A DNA stretch of 56,018 nucleotides, taken from a virus (taxonomy: Duplodnaviria > Caudoviricetes). A model generated the notes under the pieces. That model worked only from the letters and a program-made list of their open reading frames with translations, was not told where the DNA came from and did no database searches. Shown here piece after piece: positions 51,351 through 56,018 of this stretch. Location: IMG/VR virus record IMGVR_UViG_3300046534_000888, positions 1-56,018 of that record; one strand, given 5' to 3'. The position numbers were made by a program, and so were the translations under genes. Every line of letters begins with the position of its first letter. The stretch's first letter is position 1.

Positions 51351-51867
51351 TCTTTTGTTCAGGCATCGATAAGGCGCGTTCACCAAACCACCACATGGTA
51401 GCTGTTGATGCTGCAAATACGGTCGAATATAACACGTACTTGATTATTTCTACAATCTCCGATATACTAAAGATTGCTTGTTGATCTACTGCCAATGAGG
51501 CATATTCTGTCAACGTTCCATCCATGATCATTCTTAGTTCAAATATGACTAATACCCATAACGTCAGAGTAAGGAATGGACGGAATAGAGTCTTTGCGGC
51601 AACAACCCATTTGTAATTAGGTTGACCATTCAATGATACTTCACTTTGGTGTGTTGTATTCATTGCTTCCCAAGACGAATCATTGATTGATGATTCCATC
51701 TTAAGTTTAATTATATCTTTTTGAAATTCACGTTCCTTATCTTGTTCGACTGCCTTCTGTTGACGTTCCTTGTTTTTCATCCACGAACCAAACGCGGCGC
51801 CAAGAACACCAAATATGCCGCCAGAACCTATTGACAGTGCACCGCCAATTAATGTCATCCAATCCAT
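51343..51867 (-). CDS. membrane protein (holin-like topology)
   Basis: Hydrophobic segments, RP.LT, WWFG.R. Confidence 0.75.
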   Translation of the reverse strand: MDWMTLIGGALSIGSGGIFGVLGAAFGSWMKNKERQQKAVEQDKEREFQKDIIKLKMESSINDSSWEAMNTTHQSEVSLNGQPNYKWVVAAKTLFRPFLTLTLWVLVIFELRMIMDGTLTEYASLAVDQQAIFSISEIVEIIKYVLYSTVFAASTATMWWFGERALSMPEQKNR

Positions 51868-52025
51868 TATTTGACCTTCTTCTTAAGGCCTTCAAGCCAT
51901 TTCTTAAATGACTTCATACCTGTACTACGTTTATACATGTTCTCCGCACTGTATTTATTCCGGCCATCCTTGTTGAAATCTATACCACCACCTGAAGCGG
52001 TGTTTGCTATTTCTTCTTTTAACAT
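51867..52025 (-). CDS. small hypothetical protein
   Basis: Hand translation MLKEEIANTASGGG...MKSFKKWLEGLKKKVK fills the gap. Confidence 0.6.
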   Translation of the reverse strand: MLKEEIANTASGGGIDFNKDGRNKYSAENMYKRSTGMKSFKKWLEGLKKKVK

Positions 52026-52603
52026 CTTTTTAAATCATCCGATAGTATGTAAAGGTCTTGACCTGACATCTTATGATTGATCTTGTAAATGTTGTTACTA
52101 AATACTTTATCAACGGGAAGACAATTATTCTCGACAACAACTTTATGACCGACCCTACCAGTTACTAGACCTGTTATGGGTGAAGCAATATCCCTTTTCA
52201 GTTCGTATACCCCAGGCATTAAAACACCTTCTGATAATACGAACCATTCTGGCGCTTCATTAAGTCTTGTTAAATCGATATCAAGTGCTTCCCTGATTTC
52301 TGTATTATCAAGATCGACTTCATGCTCTTTAAGTAGAAATAGCGCCGCGGCGTAAGACCCCAATGCCGATCTTCCAAACGGCACTTTATTCATTATACGT
52401 TTAACATTAAACACTAAACGATTGAATATGGAGTATGCGCTTTTTTCATCAGGCGTTTTCAATTCAGATACTCGCTTTAAAGGATTACCTTTTTCGTCGA
52501 CTATACCTAGTTTGAATGCGTCCGTGTTTTCCCACTTTTGAGTTAACAAACGTAGAAACTTAAACGTATAATAGGTATTAATTGCTCCTGATAATAGGCC
52601 CAT
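52019..52603 (-). CDS. conserved T4-like hypothetical protein
   Basis: F.RLL...WE...AFKLGI.D..G...RLVFN.KR...YAAAL.LLKE. Confidence 0.85.
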   Translation of the reverse strand: MGLLSGAINTYYTFKFLRLLTQKWENTDAFKLGIVDEKGNPLKRVSELKTPDEKSAYSIFNRLVFNVKRIMNKVPFGRSALGSYAAALFLLKEHEVDLDNTEIREALDIDLTRLNEAPEWFVLSEGVLMPGVYELKRDIASPITGLVTGRVGHKVVVENNCLPVDKVFSNNIYKINHKMSGQDLYILSDDLKRC

Positions 52604-52611
52604 GGTTATCT

Positions 52612-52983
52612 CTATATTGTTCTAAGTTTTGTAACAATTGAATTATCAACTTGATATGTAACCAAAGCGTCATCTGTAAGATAATTCAGGTATATCAGAA
52701 AGGTTTTAAGTGCTTCCCAATAGTCTCGTTTAATCTTAAAGAATGTTAGCTTGTGGCCGCCTTCGATTCCAAACACATTATATATGATTATAAGATGATT
52801 CAATATCAATCGCTCTTGTAAGTCATCATTATTGTCGGTATACCTTTTAAACAATCTGTTCAGGTATTTAAACCTATTCAAATCATCACAGAACTCGTCA
52901 ACGGTGGTGCATTGTGGGTTGTTATACATACGAGATGCATACATAACAAAGTTGTCTTCACTGACCGTATCAAATATGTGCAT
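52612..52983 (-). CDS. conserved T4-like hypothetical protein
   Basis: Y.NPQC....EF.DDL.RFKY..RL...ERLILNH. Confidence 0.85.
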   Translation of the reverse strand: MHIFDTVSEDNFVMYASRMYNNPQCTTVDEFCDDLNRFKYLNRLFKRYTDNNDDLQERLILNHLIIIYNVFGIEGGHKLTFFKIKRDYWEALKTFLIYLNYLTDDALVTYQVDNSIVTKLRTI

Positions 52984-52999
52984 AATAAAGTATTACCGG

Positions 53000-53239
53000 T
53001 TAGATTAACTTTTTGAATAGTGACTTGAGTGGCCCATCAATCGATTCTTCCACTTTGTCTTCTGCAACTTCAGGAGTTTCCTCAACTACAACTTCCTCAA
53101 CTACAACTTCCTCAACAGCACCATTGAATAGATCACACTCTTCTTGGGTCAAATTAGCTTTCTTCAACAATTCACCACGTTTGAAATAACCATTCTTCTT
53201 TGCAGTGGCTTTAGCAAGCCAACCTTTCTTTTGTAGCAT
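53000..53239 (-). CDS. hypothetical protein
   Basis: EEVVV repeats. Confidence 0.7.
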   Translation of the reverse strand: MLQKKGWLAKATAKKNGYFKRGELLKKANLTQEECDLFNGAVEEVVVEEVVVEETPEVAEDKVEESIDGPLKSLFKKLI

Positions 53240-53259
53240 TATATTTTTCCTATTTACGT

Positions 53260-53541
53260 TTATTTATTAAGGTCTAAAAGACGTCTAATCCACTTCGATT
53301 CCTTCTTTGGTGAAGGTTTCTTTGTTTTCTCTGCCGCTTTAGGAGCTTCTTCTTCTTCTTCAGCATCCTCGCGAGAACTTCGCATCGCAGGGTCTGCTTT
53401 AGACTTCGGTTTTGTTTTGGGTTCGTCACCGTCGGTATCAGCAGGGGTTTCCTTTTCACCTGGTTCTGCAACCTTGGTGGTGGTTTCAGCCATTGATTTG
53501 TATAAACCACTAAGTATTTTCGCTTCGTCATCGTAGATCAT
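53260..53541 (-). CDS. hypothetical charged protein
   Basis: ORF track. Confidence 0.7.
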   Translation of the reverse strand: MIYDDEAKILSGLYKSMAETTTKVAEPGEKETPADTDGDEPKTKPKSKADPAMRSSREDAEEEEEAPKAAEKTKKPSPKKESKWIRRLLDLNK

Positions 53542-53545
53542 TTGA

Positions 53546-53806
53546 TTATCCTGTTAGATGATTTGAAATGTGTGCAATTGTACCAAGATATGAAAATCCA
53601 ATTAATATGTACGCACCCATTATTAACTTGGTGTTAAATTTGTTCACTGCTTTTTGTATGAATATTAATCGTATATCATGATCAGCAACTCTTCGATGAA
53701 GTTCATCGATTGTCTTGGTGTTACCTACCATAATATCAACGGATTTGACCAAGTCGCCTAAGTTCTTCTCTATACTATCAAGACGAGTATTATTATCTAC
53801 GTTCAT
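53546..53806 (-). CDS. coiled-coil membrane protein
   Basis: C-terminal hydrophobic segment. Confidence 0.65.
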   Translation of the reverse strand: MNVDNNTRLDSIEKNLGDLVKSVDIMVGNTKTIDELHRRVADHDIRLIFIQKAVNKFNTKLIMGAYILIGFSYLGTIAHISNHLTG

Positions 53807-53807
53807 T

Positions 53808-54011
53808 CTAAGCATGCACCTTTAATAACTGCGTTGCCTGTTTAGTCGCGTCAGACTTAGAATCACCATGCTTAACCAGCATTGCAATGACGGCCTTTTT
53901 ATTACCTTTATCCACGGCAGCTTCAAATGCGTCCGCATCCTTCCCACTGACAATCGATTCTATTGCAGTTTCTTCGTCTAATGATTCTTTAAATTCGAAA
54001 TATGATTTCAT
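53808..54011 (-). CDS. hypothetical protein, capsid-targeting-like N-terminus
   Basis: MKSYFEFKESLDE. Confidence 0.75.
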   Translation of the reverse strand: MKSYFEFKESLDEETAIESIVSGKDADAFEAAVDKGNKKAVIAMLVKHGDSKSDATKQATQLLKVHA

Positions 54012-54023
54012 GTTAATATCCTG

Positions 54024-54290
54024 TTACAATATGGCTTCTCTGCCATAATGCTTTGTGTAAAATGTCAAAAGATCACGACGATCAATGTTTTTGGTAGACT
54101 GTGCTATTTGTTGAGCATAATAGGCCGTATTATGTTTTAATGCTTTTGGCGCTGCTTCCTTAGTTTTCTTCAATAACAATTGATGTAGCATATCAGATGC
54201 CGCTTCATATCCATTGTTATTGATCGTTTTAGCTAATGTGCGCCTAGGAACTGAAAACAAATCTTCTCTGAATTTGTAAAAGGATTTCAT
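54024..54290 (-). CDS. hypothetical protein, capsid-targeting-like N-terminus
   Basis: MKSFYKFRE. Confidence 0.75.
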   Translation of the reverse strand: MKSFYKFREDLFSVPRRTLAKTINNNGYEAASDMLHQLLLKKTKEAAPKALKHNTAYYAQQIAQSTKNIDRRDLLTFYTKHYGREAIL

Positions 54291-54292
54291 GT

Positions 54293-55117
54293 TCATCCAA
54301 TGTCAATTAACTTAACATCGTCTAACCATTTTCGTACTTTGCGGCCATTACATTCCACAATGACATAGTTAGAACCAGTCACAACAATCTCTGCTACTTC
54401 GTCTGTATTGTCAAGAAGCACGTAGTCACCCTTTTGGAACAACTCACCGTCTACATAACTTTCACGAATCGATGAAACGGATTTTAATTTAACATGCTTT
54501 CGAAATGAATATGATTCCTTAAGACCCATACCTGATCGAACTGCATTGAATAGTCCTTGAGCATCTTTAAATGCGGAAGGTAGACCTTTTTGGAATAAAT
54601 CGAAATCGTTTGATGATGCCGCGGCACGCATCTTAGAAGCGGACATTCCACTAACGTCTTCAGCATCGGGGTCACGTTCACCCGCAGAAACTACCTGTAG
54701 TGATTCAAAGTTATAGAATCCGTGACGAGCTTTTACGCCGTTGAATTTAGTTATGATCTTTTCGAATTCCATTACTCGATCTGAACCAACAACCATTGTT
54801 GCCTGTTTATATCCTTTGTCGAAAAGATGTACCATTACATCAAATACGTTTCGAAGTTTCTTGTCGAGTATGATATTCCTTGCATGCTTTGGATATATCT
54901 TCCTCATGTACTTAACCTTGGTCACGTAATCAAGAGGATTCTTTTTAGGGTCATTAGAACTAGACGCGAATACGAAGTAATCCGCACTACTGTCGATAGA
55001 AGCAATCTTTGTGATTAACTTCTCATGACCCGTAGTGGGAGGATTGAATCGGCCAAACGTAAAGACAGCATGGCTTGGCGCTTCATTAATGTACTGCGAA
55101 AAGGTTTTAATAGTCAT
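54293..55117 (-). CDS. cytidylyltransferase-like nucleotidyltransferase
   Basis: FTFGRFNPPT.GH (HxGH-type), VGSDR, SAG.RD, MSASKMR. Confidence 0.88.
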   Translation of the reverse strand: MTIKTFSQYINEAPSHAVFTFGRFNPPTTGHEKLITKIASIDSSADYFVFASSSNDPKKNPLDYVTKVKYMRKIYPKHARNIILDKKLRNVFDVMVHLFDKGYKQATMVVGSDRVMEFEKIITKFNGVKARHGFYNFESLQVVSAGERDPDAEDVSGMSASKMRAAASSNDFDLFQKGLPSAFKDAQGLFNAVRSGMGLKESYSFRKHVKLKSVSSIRESYVDGELFQKGDYVLLDNTDEVAEIVVTGSNYVIVECNGRKVRKWLDDVKLIDIG

Positions 55118-55125
55118 ATTCTTAT

Positions 55126-55422
55126 TTATGCGGCCGAATTCTTTTCAAAGCCACGTTCACCACGTCGGCGTAATTCCCGTTTAATCATCTTAATATGAAC
55201 ACTTCGTGAACTACCACTACCCGCCTCGGTATTCTCTTTCCCTGAACCTAACAAAACTTTTAACTGTTTAGTGTCATATGATTGAATACGTTTCATCATC
55301 CCTTGTGGGCCGCCGGGTGATGAAATGTCACTCCACGTTAATGCTTTATTGATGCCACGCCTTGCTTTAGATAATAAACCTTCTTCCGATAATGTTTCTT
55401 GTATTTCTTTAAATGTTTTCAT
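55126..55422 (-). CDS. hypothetical protein, capsid-targeting-like N-terminus
   Basis: MKTFKEIQETLSEE. Confidence 0.75.
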   Translation of the reverse strand: MKTFKEIQETLSEEGLLSKARRGINKALTWSDISSPGGPQGMMKRIQSYDTKQLKVLLGSGKENTEAGSGSSRSVHIKMIKRELRRRGERGFEKNSAA

Positions 55423-55423
55423 T

Positions 55424-55807
55424 TTATGTCTCTTTCTTCTTTGATCGTTTTGATCGTTCGTCCCGTTTAATCTGCGGCAAAAGTTTCTTTGATATTCTTG
55501 CAACGGCCGCACTCTTTCGGGCCACTTTCTTTTCTAATGCACCACGAGATGAAAATGAAAGGTCACCTTTCTTCTTATCTTTAAGTATAGCCTTTTCTAC
55601 TTCTTTACGAGCATGCTTAGTAGCACGTTGCTTCAGTTTTTCAGGCGATGCAGTCCGTTTGGCCGCACGTCTCTTTCCTGCTTTAATCTTGGCTTTGTTC
55701 TTTCGCATCGATTGACGGAGCTTCATGCGTTGGCGCATATCAAGTGCTTCGTCGACCTCTTCGTCAGTCATTTCCGCAAAAGCAGAATAGTCTTTAAACC
55801 CAATCAT
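55424..55807 (-). CDS. basic hypothetical protein
   Basis: EAL...QR.K....MR...RA.K.AR. Confidence 0.8.
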   Translation of the reverse strand: MIGFKDYSAFAEMTDEEVDEALDMRQRMKLRQSMRKNKAKIKAGKRRAAKRTASPEKLKQRATKHARKEVEKAILKDKKKGDLSFSSRGALEKKVARKSAAVARISKKLLPQIKRDERSKRSKKKET

Positions 55808-55815
55808 AGTAGCAC

Positions 55816-56018
55816 CTATTTATCATTCATTTTGTCATGTACAAACGCGGAAGAACCATATTCAAGTCCTTTATCTTTCGCCATTTTCATCGCGGCGGCG
55901 CGAGTCATATTGTTCTTAATGATCTTCTTGCCATCATGCACAGTATACTTGTCTTGAGATGCAGTTTTTGCTCGGGCTTCACTCAAACCTTCGTCTAATG
56001 TATAATGTAATTGTTTTG
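55816..56018 (-). CDS. hypothetical protein (partial, runs off the window)
   Basis: Open frame ending ...VHDKMNDK-TAG. Confidence 0.55.
   Translation of the reverse strand, partial: KQLHYTLDEGLSEARAKTASQDKYTVHDGKKIIKNNMTRAAAMKMAKDKGLEYGSSAFVHDKMNDK

Overview
A 56-kb segment of a large T4-like (myovirus) phage genome, almost entirely coded on the minus strand. T4-like markers are gp39/60 and gp52 topoisomerase II, RNase H, nrdA/nrdB, dCMP deaminase, DNA ligase, PhoH, TATAAATA late promoters and about 24 near-identical sigma70-type early promoters. Positions 120-11292 hold about 31 tRNA genes plus many pseudo-tRNAs, tRNA-like RNAs and structured spacers. The middle is a long run of small early ORFs with RNA-repair enzymes (RtcB, Rnl2-type ligase, CYTH, metallophosphoesterase), followed by a circularly permuted two-piece tmRNA. 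The most striking feature is that each of the two tRNA sub-clusters lies behind its own leader-peptide attenuator, and the codons of each leader match the tRNAs it precedes. A Leu/Lys/Glu/His-rich leader precedes the Leu/Lys/Glu/His tRNAs. A second leader with no L/K/E/H in its sensing part precedes the remaining tRNAs. This suggests a phage circuit that senses host tRNA depletion and switches on replacement tRNAs. Other oddities are a gp23-like mini-protein inside a tRNA 3' duplication, a Ser/Val chimeric tRNA marking gene capture, an ArfA-like peptide, a PEP-CTERM protein and several repeated candidate ncRNA motifs. All calls were made by eye, with no searches or folding programs run.
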